Counted from the stretch's first letter, positions 11,062 to 22,442 are shown. The stretch is DNA of 64,000 nucleotides from an uncultured Chloroflexia bacterium (GCA_963753125.1 CAVWAU010000002.1:7199-71198); one strand, 5' to 3'. Numbers and translations are program-made. The notes: generated by a model not told the origin, from the sequence alone.

Positions 11062-12719
11062 GTCGCAGGACCCTCGACGAGAAGCAGGCGGGTAAATCCG
11101 GGCAGCGTGGGCACCGTGCTCATCTCCCAGGCTTCGGTGACGTTCCTGCGCTCCCATTCCGGAAGCACCACGTAGACGGGGCGCTTGCCGAAATTCGCGC
11201 GGATCGCGTTGTTCATCGTACGGTACCCGTCGTCCAGGACGTCGCGCTCGTCGATGATGGTCAGGTCGGGTCGCTCCCCGAGGACCCAGCGGTGGTGCCA
11301 GAGCGGCGTGCTGTAGCTCCACCAGCTGACGATGACCGCGTTCGGCGGCAGCAGCGCATGGACCGATGCGACCCAGTCATCGGCGTCGCGGTTCTGGCTC
11401 TCGTCATGCGCCTCGTAGCCCGTCACCAGCGAGGCCGCCGGCAGCAGGGCCCCGAGCCCGAGCACCACCGCGCCCGCGAGCGCAGCCAGCGTCCGACGCG
11501 CCCCAAGTGAGGAGACCAGCCGTCGCCCGACATTCGCCATCGCGCGCCCGCACGCCTCCGCGATGGCGGCCAGCGCGACTCCGACCAGCGGGGCAGCCAC
11601 GGCCACGGTCGGCATGTAGTAGCGGTCGATGTCGCCATCGCGGAAGTTCATCGAGTACGCGACGTTGCAGATCACGAACAGGAGAAGCACCGCGAACGTT
11701 CCCAGCGAGCGTGCGGCGACCACCCCGGCACCGATGGCGACCAGCAGCCAACCCGGCCCGACGAATTGGGCGGCCAGGACGCGCTCGGCGTCGGCCCACT
11801 TCGCCGGCCAGCTCGGCGAGGGGTTCCCGGAAGTCGCGGAAGAGGTAGCCGAATTGCTCCGCCAGCACGAGGTAGCGGAAGCGATCCCAGGTGTCCGGGC
11901 GGGCGTAGAAGAGCGGCGGCTCCGGATCGGTGATGGCGCGCACCCAGATGTAGGCGAAGGAGCCGAGGCCGAGCGCGACCGACCGCGGCGCACAGCGCGA
12001 TCAGCCGCCGTCTCCGCAGGAATCGTCGGTCGACCACGAAGAGCCAGGCCACGATCCCGAAGGCGAAGAGGCCGATGATGGGATGCACGCCCAGGCCCAG
12101 GCCGAACGCCAGCGCGGCCCCGACCAGCCAGCCGCCGGCCCTGGGCGAGCCGGCTCGCTCGGCCGCGCGCCAGGTGAGGAGCAGCCACAGGACCACGGTG
12201 ACCGACAGGATGCTGACGGCGTGCACGTCGGCGCGCGTCGCGTTCTCCCACGGCTCGGAGGCGAAGGCGAAGGCGGCGCCGGCGATGCCGGCCGAGGTCG
12301 CGCGCAGTGCCCGATGCCGCTCGCCGATGAGCTGTCCGCTGATCAGGACCACGAACCCTGAAGCGAGCGCGACGCAGATGCCCTGAGAGCACGTTCATGC
12401 GCCACGCCACCTCCCCGATCGGCAGCTGGCTCCACAGCCAGCCGAGCATCGTGTAGGTCGGGAAGCCGGTCGGATGAAAGATCGAGAGGGTGGGTGGCAC
12501 CGTCTGCGCCTCACCGGTGTCCCAGAACCCGGTCGACGGCAGCATGGTGCGCAGGTAGATCCCGATGGCGAGGAGCACCACGGCCGCGGCCGCGAAGGCG
12601 ACCGCGTTGTCGGTGTAGGGGATCCAGAGCCGCCCCCGCTGCGGATGCGCGGGTGCAACCTGGCCCTCTCCGGCGCCGTCCGGACCTCGATGTATACTCA
12701 CCGCCACCTTGGCGTGCAT
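11058..12719 (-). CDS. DUF2723/TMEM260-like GT-C membrane glycosyltransferase (frameshifted)
   Basis: FWDTGEAQ...LSIFHPTGFPTYTMLG..WRMNVLS; W..ATRADVH; DIDRYYMP. Confidence 0.8.
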   Translation of the reverse strand: MHAKVAVSIHRGPDGAGEGQVAPAHPQRGRLWIPYTDNAVAFAAAAVVLLAIGIYLRTMLPSTGFWDTGEAQTVPPTLSIFHPTGFPTYTMLGWLWSQLPIGEVAWRMNVLSGHLRRARFRVRGPDQRTAHRRAASGTARDLGRHRRRRLRLRLRAVGERDARRRARRQHPVGHRGPVAAPHLARGRASRLAQGRRLAGRGRAGVRPGPGRASHHRPLRLRDRGLALRGRPTIPAETAADRAVRRGRSRSASAPSPTSGCAPSPIRSRRSSTPARTPGIASATSCWRSNSATSSATSGNPSPSWPAKWADAERVLAAQFVGPGWLLVAIGAGVVAARSLGTFAVLLLFVICNVAYSMNFRDGDIDRYYMPTVAVAAPLVGVALAAIAEACGRAMANVGRRLVSSLGARRTLAALAGAVVLGLGALLPAASLVTGYEAHDESQNRDADDWVASVHALLPPNAVIVSWWSYSTPLWHHRWVLGERPDLTIIDERDVLDDGYRTMNNAIRANFGKRPVYVVLPEWERRNVTEAWEMSTVPTLPGFTRLLLVEGPAT

Positions 12720-12755
12720 GACGACACAGCGCACTCTTCGAGGGCGCCGCACCTG

Positions 12756-15700
12756 ATGGCCCGTGGCCCCGTCGGCCGACGGGGCGCGGGGGTACTCGAC
12801 CCGATTCGGCGGCTCGACGCCGGCACGATCCTCACGACGCTCCTCGTCCTCGGCCTTGTCCTGCGCGCGTTCATTGCCGGCCGTCTACCTGCCGCGCAGC
12901 GGCCTCTCGAACGACATCGGCGCCTTCGCAGCCTGGGGCATGCGGCTAGCAAGCATAGGACCAGGCGCGTTCTATGAGGCGGGCTACTTCAGCGACTACC
13001 CGCCGGGCTACATGTACGTGCTGTGGGTGCTCGGCACGATCGGCAAGGCGCTGACGCCGATCGTCGGCCAGGACGCGACCGTCGGCCTGGTCAAGATCCC
13101 GGGCATCCTCGCGGACGTCGGCGTCGCGTGGCTGCTCTTCGTGATCTGCCGGCGGTGGGGTGGCGAGCTGATCGAGCGCTCGCGCATCGGCGTCAGCCCG
13201 GAGGGCCTCGGCCTGCTGGCGGCCGGCGTGTACCTGTTCAACCCCGGCACCGTCTTCGTCTCCTCCGTCTGGGGTCAGATCGACTCGGTCGGCACCCTCG
13301 TCCTGCTGGCGACCATCTATGCGCTGGCGCGCGGCTGGATCGAGGTGGCGGCCCTGGGCGCCGTCGTCGCCCTGCTCGTCAAGTTCCAGTTCGCCTTCCT
13401 CGTCCCGATCGTTGCCATCGTCGGCCTGCGGCGCCACCTCTTCGGCCGCTCCAGCGACCCCGAGCTCGACGGTCATCGCGACCCCCTTCGCGTCCTCACC
13501 GCGCTGGCCGTGGGGATCGGCGCGCTGACCCTGCTGATGCTGCCGTTCGGCATGGTCGTCTATGCCCCGCTCGCCGGCGGCGACCCGCATGGGGTGCTCG
13601 GGATCCTGCCGGCCGCGGACCCGAACACGGAGCCTGGTCGGCAAGCTCTTCGAGGCCGCCAACACCTACCAGGGCCTCACCATCAATGCGTTCAACCTGT
13701 GGCGGAATCCGTGGAGCGGGCTGGGCGACACCTTCCAGCGCGGCGACGACGCCGGCATGGCGCTGATCATCGGATCGTTCGCGCTCAGCTGGCAGCAGGT
13801 CGGGGCGCTGCTCTTCGCCGCCGTGGCGTTGCTGGCCATGGTGCTGGTCGCGCGCCGGGACGACCTGCGCGGGATCCTGCTTGCGTCGCTGCTGCTGGCC
13901 GTGGCCTTCTTCGTCCTGCCGACTCGCGTCCACGAGCGCTACCTGTTCCCGGCGCTGGCGCTCGCGGCGCCGCTCCTCCTCTCGGGCCGCGTGTGGCCCT
14001 GGATCTACGGCGCCCTGAGCCTTTCCGTGTTCGCCAACGTCTACTGGGTCTACAGCGAGGATTGGTCGTGGACCGGGAGGGTCATCAACCCCGGTGCCTT
14101 CGGACAGCCCATGCCCCAGGATCCGTTCCTGACGGCAACGCTCCTTACTGACACCGGGGATCTGGCTGCTCTCGTTGCTGATCGTGGGCGTCCTCGGCGT
14201 GGTCGCCTGGCGCGCCGTCCGGTACGCGATGGAGCCCGACGTCGCGGTGGCCGCCGAAGCTCCCGTGCCTCGCTCCTCGCCGGCGCCACGCGCCGCCGAT
14301 TGGGCAGCCGACGGCTGGGAGCGAACGGAGCCCCAGCCGACCGGCGCATCGCCGATCTCCTGGCTCCGCCGGAACCCGGCGGACGCCTATCTGCGCGAGC
14401 CGACGCGGCGGTTGAATCGCCGAGACGCGCTCCTGGTGCTGGGACTGTTCATCTTCGCGCTCGTCTTCCGGCTCTGGCGGCTCGACGTCCCGCGCGGCGA
14501 CCACTTCGACGAGGTCTATCACGCGCGCTCCGCCACCGAGTGGCTCAGCAACTGGCAGAACGGCTGGGACCGGGACGTGTACGAGTGGACGCACCCGATG
14601 CTGGCCAAGTACCTGATCGCGGGTGGCATCGTGCTCGCCGACCCGAACAAGGTCGTCGGCAGCAGCGATCTCGACGGGCCGTCGCCATCGATCGCCGTCG
14701 CGCCGCAGCGATCGTCGCTGGGACACGACAGATCCGTCGTCTTCACGGCCGCCGGCGGTGGCGCCACCATCGTCGCTTCCGACGCCGAGAGCGGCGATGA
14801 GCTCGCGCGGTGGAACGCCGGAGGGCCGGTCGCCGGCCTCGCCTACGACCCGGAGGCGCCGCGCCTGCTGGTGGGACGCGCCGACCTCGGGACGGTCGAG
14901 ACGTACGAGCTTGCCGGCCTGCTCGCCTCACCCGACGGCCGCGCGCCGCCCGCCGGTCCTCCGATCCAGACCGACCTGACCAGCGTCAGCCAGATCGAGC
15001 TGCCGCGGGACGAGGGCGTCATCCTGCTCCGCGGGCCGGATGGCATCGCCGTCGTCGACGGACTGACCGATGAGGTGCTGGCGTCGGGCGACGGCGCCTA
15101 TGGCGGCGTCGCCTGGGTGAGCGGCACCGACGAGGATCCGGACTTCGTGGCCGCGACCGATCCGGCGCGCAACGCGGTCGTCTTCCTGGACAGCCTCCAC
15201 GCTCGAGCCGGCGCTGAACGCCGAGGGCGACGAGCTGGGCGTCATCGCGATCGACGAGCCGCTGATCGGCCCGCTCGTCGCTCGTGGCAGCGGGGACGAC
15301 CAGCAGGTGCTGGCCCTGACCGGTGGTCGTCGCGGCGAATGACGAGCACCCGGCGACGCCGGGCGGGCTGGCATCCATCGACGGCGACACTCAGGTCCTC
15401 ACCGACGTCGTGCCGCTGCCGGGCGCCCCGTCGCTGATCGGCTACCAGGCGATCGCCAACGTCGTCTACGTGGCCGGCGTCTCGGCGGCGGGCGAGCCGG
15501 TCGTCTGGCCGATCGAGCCGCACATCGACGGCCGGAACGACACGAGCGCCGGCCTCGCCGCCTTCGACCAGACGACGCTCCCGGCGCCGGCGCTGGCGAT
15601 GGCGTTCGACATCAGCGCCGATAGCCAGGCGGACGACCACGGGCGCCTCATCGTGAGCACCGGGGACGGCGCGCTGGTCCGCCTCGACGCCGGCAGCAAC

Positions 15701-17309
15701 GCGTTCGCCTGGCGGCTGGCCGGCGTCGGTGTTCGGCGCGCTCCTGGTGGTTCTCGTCTACCTGCTTGCGGCGACCATGTTCGGTCGCCCGCGAATCGGC
15801 CTCCTGGCCGCCGGCTTCGTGGCGATCGACGGCATGAGCTACGTCATGAGCAGGATCGCCATGAACGACATCTTCGTCGCGGTCTTCATCGTGGCCGCGT
15901 ACCTCGTCTTCTGGCAGATCTGGTCTGGCCGATGGGCGCGCAGCGCCTGGTGGGCACTGCCGCTGGTCGGCGTCCTGCTCGGCCTCGCGGCCGCCACCAA
16001 GTGGGTCGGCTTCTACGCGCTGGCCGGCATCTGGGTCCTCGTCCTGGCACGCTCGAGCCTGGGCCGCCTGGCGCTCGTGGCGCTGGTCGCGTTCGCCACC
16101 GTGGTCGGAGGCGTCGGCGCGCCGTGGCCGTTCCTGGCGACGATGCTGCTGGCGCTGGCGATCGCGCTGACGATCGTCCACGCGCGGCCGATCCGGCTCG
16201 ATCTCGACAGCGCCAGGCTGGCGCTACCGGCCACCGGCGTCGTCATCGGCGGGGTGGGGCTCGCCTTCGCCATCGCCTACGGCCAGGTGGACGGTGGCAC
16301 GCCGGCCAATGCGGTCGAGGTCCTGTTCGGCCTGCTCGCCCGCGGCGCCCAGGTCGGCTGGGCGGCCTGGCTGATGCTGGGGGTCGCCGCGATCCTCATC
16401 GTGTGGCGTGCGTGGACCTCGCTGCGCGATCCGCGCTCCGACGCGCGATGGCAGCAACCGGGTGAGATGGGTGGCTTCGCCTGGGCGTGGATCGGTGCCT
16501 GCCTGCTCGTCATCCCGCTCGCGGTCTATGCCCTGAGCTACCTGCCCTACCTGCAGCTCGGCCATGCCTTCGCCGGCCCCGACGCCGGACCGGGCTATGG
16601 CTGGTCGCTCGAGGAGCTGCACGGGCAGATGTTCGGCTACCACTTCGGCCTGACCGCCGGCCACGCCAGCGCATCGCCGTGGTGGAGCTGGCCACTGGAC
16701 CTCAAGCCGACCTGGTTCTTCAACGGCACGTACGACGCCGAGCGGATCGCGGTCATCTACAACGGTGGCAACCCGATCCTCTTCTGGGCGGGCGTGCCGG
16801 CCGTGGTCGCATGCGCCGTGCTGGCCTGGAAGCGGCGCTCCCCGGCCCTGGTGCTGATCGTCGCCGCCTTCGCGTTCCAGCTGGCGCCGTGGACCCGGAT
16901 CGAGCGCGCCACGTTCGCCTACCACTACCTGACCGCCGTCGTGTTCGCGATGATCGCGGTCGCCTACGTCGTGGACGAGCTCCTCCGCCGGCCCGCCTGG
17001 CGCGAGCTGGCGATCGGCTACCTGGCCCTCGTCGTGGTGGCCGGGTTGCTGGTCTTCCCGTTGGGTTCGGCGCTGCCGATGCCGGACTGGTACATCAACG
17101 CGGCGCGCGCGCTGCCGCCCTGGAACTACGGCTTCCAGTTCCCCGATCCACCGCAGGGGCAGCGCGGCGACCTCGTCAGCGCCTCGGGCCTCAAGCTCGT
17201 CGCCGGGGCCCTGGCGGCCGTGGCGGCCGTCGCCTGGTCGCTCATGGGCCGCACCTGGGGACAGCCGCTGATGGCGCTCCTGAGGCAGCGGCGCCCGGCG
17301 AGAGAGTGA
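12756..17309 (+). CDS. Probable single ~1500-aa fusion: GT87/ALG-like GT-C domain plus PMT (GT39) protein O-mannosyltransferase with a large soluble insert (several frameshifts)
   Basis: SDYPPGYMY, YLFNP, WGQIDS, HERY (GT-C 1); FDEVYH..YEWTHPMLAK, SRIAMNDIF, ATKW, YHFGL..H..ASPWWSWP (PMT); reading continues across frame changes. Confidence 0.7.
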
Positions 17310-17323
17310 GCCGTCGCGTCAGC

Positions 17324-18310
17324 TCACGCGCACCCTTCGTCGGGGTTCAGGGTGAAGCTCGCCGCGTTGCCGTTGACGTCGAGGCGGAGCTGAGGCTCGC
17401 CGTCGCCGCTCGACCAGGTGTCCCCGTCATGGCTCAGCCCGCTCTCGTCGAGGTTATGGCTGAACGTGACGTTCTCCTCATCGATGGTGATGGCGATGGC
17501 GAGCTGGTCCGGCGCGCACAGCTCGAGCGAGCCGGCGTTCATCTCGACCGATCCATCGAGTCGGGTTCCTTCGTTGGCATCGATCGAGACGGAGCCGGCG
17601 TTGGCGTCGACGCTGAGCTCGCGGACCTCGGCACCCGGCAGCGCGAGGTTGACCTCGCCGGCGTTGGCGTCGATCGCGAGGGTCGAGATGTCGGCATCGT
17701 CGAGGTCCAGCCGAGCCGACGCCGCATTGGAGTCGATGGTGATGCCGAGCGTCGGATCGGTGGGCAGCACCACGTCCCATGCCTGGCGGCTGTCGGTCAG
17801 GCCGATGAACCCGCCGCCCTCGGCACTGACACGGAACGAGTCGGCATCGGACGTCACCTGGGGCTCCTCATCCGCTCCGTGCCGTGCGAGGACGCCCCAG
17901 GCCGTGCCGGCCTGCGTCGTGACCCGGAGCTCGCCGCAGCTGATGTCGAGCTCGACCTCTCCGTCGGTCGCGAAGCTGCCCTCGGCATTGACCGATTCGG
18001 TCGGCTCACCCCCGCAGCCCAGGCTCAGCCCGTCGGGCACGCCGGCCACCAGGGTCCCGACCAGGCCGCCCGCCACCACGCCGGCCAGCAGCGTCGCGAC
18101 CATGCCGAACGGCGTTCGCGACGCGATGACGGCAAGGCCGATGACGACCAGCAGCAGCGGCCATAGGCGCCACGCCTGGCGAGCCGCATCGGCTGGAATG
18201 AGCCCCGCCTGGATCGCCAGCGCCACCGTGCCGGCCGTGATGAGGGCGACGCCCCAGAAGACGAGGCCGCGGTTGATCTGCACTGCTGGGCGCTCCTGCT
18301 CGGGAATCAC
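17324..18310 (-). CDS. LiaF/DUF5668-type membrane protein with C-terminal toast-rack beta-repeat domain
   Basis: GLVFWGVALI..G..; LWPLLLVVIG; repeated (I/V)DANAG.V.(L/I) units. Confidence 0.7.
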   Translation of the reverse strand: MIPEQERPAVQINRGLVFWGVALITAGTVALAIQAGLIPADAARQAWRLWPLLLVVIGLAVIASRTPFGMVATLLAGVVAGGLVGTLVAGVPDGLSLGCGGEPTESVNAEGSFATDGEVELDISCGELRVTTQAGTAWGVLARHGADEEPQVTSDADSFRVSAEGGGFIGLTDSRQAWDVVLPTDPTLGITIDSNAASARLDLDDADISTLAIDANAGEVNLALPGAEVRELSVDANAGSVSIDANEGTRLDGSVEMNAGSLELCAPDQLAIAITIDEENVTFSHNLDESGLSHDGDTWSSGDGEPQLRLDVNGNAASFTLNPDEGCA

Positions 18311-18366
18311 ACGATAGCGTCTGACCCCGAGCCACGAAACCTCATCGATGGGCTAGCCCTGGGTCG

Positions 18367-19404
18367 TCATGACGCCACAGGAATCGGTGCCGTCGCCGGA
18401 ATCGCCGGCGCCGCGGCACCCGGCCGAGCGGCCGTCTCCGGCGCTCGCAGGCTGATGACGGTCTTCCCGCGAGCATGCCCATCACCGACGTGGCCGATCG
18501 CCGATGCGGTCTCGCTCAGCGGATAGGTGCGATCGATGACCGGCGTGACGCTGCCGGCCTCGATGAGCTGCTTGAGCTCGAGCAGGTCCTCCCGCTTCGT
18601 CGACTGGATGAACGTCCGCAGGGTCTGGCTCACGAAGCGGAACATCACCATCCCGGCGATCAGGCGGCCGCCACTGGCGAACCAGCGCTTGTCGAACCTT
18701 CCGCCGTTCGGCACGAGGATGCCGGTCGGGGCCAGCACGCGCCGGAGGTCGGAGAGCGAATGGTTCGACACGTTGTCGAGGATCAGGTCGTAGCGCCGAT
18801 CGCCTCGGGTGAAGTCTTCGGCCGTGTAGTCGATGACGTGGTCCGCGCCGATCGAGCGGAGCATGTCGACGTTGCGGGTGCTGGCGACGGCGGTGACCTC
18901 GGCGCCCAGCGCCTTCGCGATCTGGACCGCGAAGGTGCCGATGCCCCCGGAGGCTCCGTTGATCAGCACCTTCTGCCCGGCCTCGACGCCGCGCAGCGCC
19001 TGGAGCGCGACCTGTCCGGCCATTGGCACGGCCGCCGCTCCTTCGAAGCTGAGGTTGGCCGGCTTCGGCGCCAGCGTCTCCTCGGAGGCGACCGCGTACT
19101 CGGCATAGGAGCCGTCGGCCGACCCGAAGACCTCGTCTCCCGGCTTGAACCGTGTCACGCCGCTCCCGACGGCCTCGACCGTCCCCGATACGTCGGTCCC
19201 ACGGACGCCGGCCTTCGGCCTGCGGAGCCCGTAGACGGGGCGGGCGATGTACGGCAGCCCGCTCATGATCGCCCAGTCGGCCGGATTGACGCCGGCCGCC
19301 TGCACCCGGATCAGCACCTGGTCGTCGCCGATCTCGGGCATGTCGATGTCCCGTGCCTCCAGGACTGTGGCCGAGCCGTACGTGTCTTGCGTGATCGCCT
19401 TCAT
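18367..19404 (-). CDS. NAD(P)-dependent MDR-family oxidoreductase (quinone reductase/ADH-like)
   Basis: AAGVNPADW, GTDVSG.VEAVG, VLINGASGGIGTFAVQIAK, GHARGKTV. Confidence 0.92.
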   Translation of the reverse strand: MKAITQDTYGSATVLEARDIDMPEIGDDQVLIRVQAAGVNPADWAIMSGLPYIARPVYGLRRPKAGVRGTDVSGTVEAVGSGVTRFKPGDEVFGSADGSYAEYAVASEETLAPKPANLSFEGAAAVPMAGQVALQALRGVEAGQKVLINGASGGIGTFAVQIAKALGAEVTAVASTRNVDMLRSIGADHVIDYTAEDFTRGDRRYDLILDNVSNHSLSDLRRVLAPTGILVPNGGRFDKRWFASGGRLIAGMVMFRFVSQTLRTFIQSTKREDLLELKQLIEAGSVTPVIDRTYPLSETASAIGHVGDGHARGKTVISLRAPETAARPGAAAPAIPATAPIPVAS

Positions 19405-19428
19405 CGGTTGTGCCTCCGCTGTGGTGTG

Positions 19429-19497
19429 TACTTTGTAAGCGTATGCTGTACACTACGATGTACACAACGAGCCGTCAAGCCCGAAGTTTACGGTGTA
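19429..19497. promoter_or_regulatory. Probable TetR operators and promoter
   Basis: TAC-N3-GTA palindromes at 19429, 19454 and 19489 (variant at 19442); minus-strand TTGACG-N17-TAGTGT at 19478-19450. Confidence 0.65.
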
Positions 19498-19521
19498 CGC
19501 TAACGATCACATGAGGAGCCG

Positions 19522-20190
19522 ATGAGCACCGAGGCCAAGCCAGCCGCCGAGCGCCGAGTCCCCTTGAGCAGGGACAGGGTTCTGCGCGCGGCGCTCGGGA
19601 TCGCCGACGAGGGCGGGCTCGAGACACTCACCATGCGCACGCTCGGCCAGGAGCTCGGGGTGGGGCCGATGGCGCTCTATCGCCACGCGAGGAACAAGGA
19701 AGACATCGTGGATGGCATCGTCGACCTCGTGTTCGGCGAAATCGAGGTGCCCGACCCGGGCGTCGATTGGAGGACCGCGATGCGCGAGCGCGCGATCTCG
19801 GTCCGCGAAGTGCTGTCCCGGCACCGCTGGGCCGTCGCCCTGATGGAGTCGCGGACGAACCCCGGTCCAGCCAACCTGCGGCACCACGATGCGGTCATCG
19901 GCAACCTTCGCGCCTCTGGCTTCGACATGGCGATGGCCGCCCACGCCTACTCGCTGCTCGACAGCTACATCTACGGCTTCGCCCAGACCCAGATGGACCT
20001 GCCGTTCGAATCGACGGCAGACATCGCGGAGATGGCGCAGACCATGCTCGAGCCATTCCCGGTCAACGCGTACCCCAACCTGGCCGCCTTCATCACCGAG
20101 CACGCCATGAAGCCCGGCTATGACTTCGCCAACGAGTTCGAGTACGGCCTGGATCTGATCCTCGATGGCCTCGCGCAAGCAAGAGGCTAG
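19522..20190 (+). CDS. TetR-family regulator (TetR_C type)
   Basis: LSRDRVLRAAL.IADEGGLETLTMR.LG.ELGV.PMALYRH; FEYGLDLILDGL. Confidence 0.95.
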   Translation: MSTEAKPAAERRVPLSRDRVLRAALGIADEGGLETLTMRTLGQELGVGPMALYRHARNKEDIVDGIVDLVFGEIEVPDPGVDWRTAMRERAISVREVLSRHRWAVALMESRTNPGPANLRHHDAVIGNLRASGFDMAMAAHAYSLLDSYIYGFAQTQMDLPFESTADIAEMAQTMLEPFPVNAYPNLAAFITEHAMKPGYDFANEFEYGLDLILDGLAQARG

Positions 20191-20198
20191 GCGAGCAG

Positions 20199-20762
20199 TC
20201 AGGGGCGGTCGTCCCCGGGCCAGATGAGCCTGCCGCTCTTCGAGAGGTTCGGGTCCGTGCAGCCGGCGAGGTTGAAACAGCAAGGCCGCCTCTTCCCGCT
20301 CTCCATCTTTGAGATGCTCACCTCGACCCGTCGTCGGCGCGTCTCGGCGTTGTTCGTGGCGTTCACCCAACGCACCCATTCCCAACGTGCCATCGGGGTG
20401 ATATCGCTCCACAGGTCCCGGATCGTCTGCGGGGCCGATGCCAGGGCTGTCGCCAGATCCTGAGGCACGACCGGCTCCGGCCAGTCCTTGGTGACCGCTA
20501 TTTCGAGCGTCGCATTGTCACCCGCGCCGATGCCAGCTTCCTCCTGCAGTGCGGAGGCGACCCGCATCCAGTGGCCAGCATTGCCGTCCGGTTCGAGAAC
20601 CGTCCGGAATTCGACGCCATCGATCGTTCCGTGGACGGCGACCTGCCCACGCGAGGGCAAGGTTCCGCTCGCCGCCTCAGGCAATCGCAGCACGGTCGTT
20701 GTCTCGATGGCGGACAGCGTGGCCTCGAACCGAATGGTGGCTTCGCCTGTTCGCTGCTTCAT
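20199..20762 (-). CDS. DUF1905 / YdeI-OmpD-associated family protein
   Basis: LPSRGQVAV.GTI; VPQDLA.AL; ITPMARWEWVRWV; RRPCCFN. Confidence 0.8.
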   Translation of the reverse strand: MKQRTGEATIRFEATLSAIETTTVLRLPEAASGTLPSRGQVAVHGTIDGVEFRTVLEPDGNAGHWMRVASALQEEAGIGAGDNATLEIAVTKDWPEPVVPQDLATALASAPQTIRDLWSDITPMARWEWVRWVNATNNAETRRRRVEVSISKMESGKRRPCCFNLAGCTDPNLSKSGRLIWPGDDRP

Positions 20763-20947
20763 CCCGCTCTCGCCTTCCCATTCCGGGCGTCCCACTCCGA
20801 TGATGCCGCCACCATTATCATGCGGGTTACCCACGCATGAGCCACTGAGGGATTGCGGTGTGGGCCGGCTGAAGCACCTATCGTGGTCCACCAAGGCTGC
20901 CCGTGAGACGGCAACTGCCCCCGCTCTGTCTACTCCCCGACAAAAGG

Positions 20948-20977
20948 TTGACACCGAGCAAGCCGCGGTCGTAGACT
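20948..20977 (+). promoter_or_regulatory. sigma70-type promoter of the ABC/GNAT operon leader
   Basis: TTGACA-N18-TAGACT. Confidence 0.65.
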
Positions 20978-21058
20978 CCGGCGGCACCCGGACCGCAGAA
21001 GACGCTGCCCCGCGTGCCCGGCCACCAATCACCCGTAACGAGGAGCGAACTGACGGAA

Positions 21059-21148
21059 ATGCATCGCAGCATGTTCGCCATCCACGCGCCGCGACTCGCG
21101 CCTACCGGCAATGGAGTCGACGGGAGATCTGTGCCCTGGACGAGGTAG
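21059..21148 (+). CDS. Putative 29-aa leader peptide (uORF)
   Basis: MHRSMFAIHAPRLAPTGNGVDGRSVPWTR*; GAGGAG upstream; lies between the promoter and a terminator. Confidence 0.4.
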   Translation: MHRSMFAIHAPRLAPTGNGVDGRSVPWTR

Positions 21149-21185
21149 AGCAACGGCGGTAAGACCGCCGACGCAGACACCACGA

Positions 21186-21216
21186 GCCGTGGGCCGGATC
21201 AGGTTCACGGTTTTTT
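21186..21216 (+). terminator. Intrinsic terminator within the leader
   Basis: GCCGTGGGCC-ggatca-GGTTCACGGT stem followed by a T run (T6 at 21211-21216). Confidence 0.7.
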
Positions 21217-21237
21217 GATGCCCCAGCGGGGCAGCAC

Positions 21238-21282
21238 GAGAGCCGCGGACCGGGAGCAACGGGCCGCGGCTCTCCTCTATTT
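21238..21282 (+). terminator. Second strong leader hairpin (terminator-like)
   Basis: Perfect 11-bp stem GAGAGCCGCGG/CCGCGGCTCTC, then CTCTATTT. Confidence 0.5.
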
Positions 21283-21315
21283 CGGGCCCCAGGGACGAAC
21301 GGAACGGACACGACA

Positions 21316-22220
<905 letters not shown>

Positions 22221-22235
22221 CAGTGAAGAGAGGAG

Positions 22236-22442
22236 GTGATTCCCGTGCAGAGCAACCTGGACATTCGTGTCGTGCTCAGCCTGATCGAGGAGCGTGAGGC
22301 GCGGCTGCGCCGCACGAACCTCCTCGTGAGCGAGCCAAACACCGACCGCCGCCCGGTGCGGCGGTGGATCGGTCGCCAGCTGGTGCGATTCGGCACCCGG
22401 CTGGCCGCCGATTCGACGATGCGGCCGGTCCGAGCCCGCTGA
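22236..22442 (+). CDS. Small basic hypothetical protein
   Basis: AGGAGG RBS; about 65 aa; lies between ATPase and permease. Confidence 0.55.
   Translation: MIPVQSNLDIRVVLSLIEEREARLRRTNLLVSEPNTDRRPVRRWIGRQLVRFGTRLAADSTMRPVRAR

Noticed and set aside
20840-20935. Cobalamin riboswitch-like words (GCCACTG, ACTGCCCCCGC)
   Set aside because: The motifs are in the wrong order, the GGGAA/GGTG..AA.TCC core is missing, and no B12-related gene follows. An Rfam scan would settle it.
20763-21315. tmRNA, RNase P RNA or tRNA in the long intergenic region
   Set aside because: No tRNA-like ends, T-loop/CCA or RNase P P4 consensus is visible; a promoter plus attenuator explains the region better.
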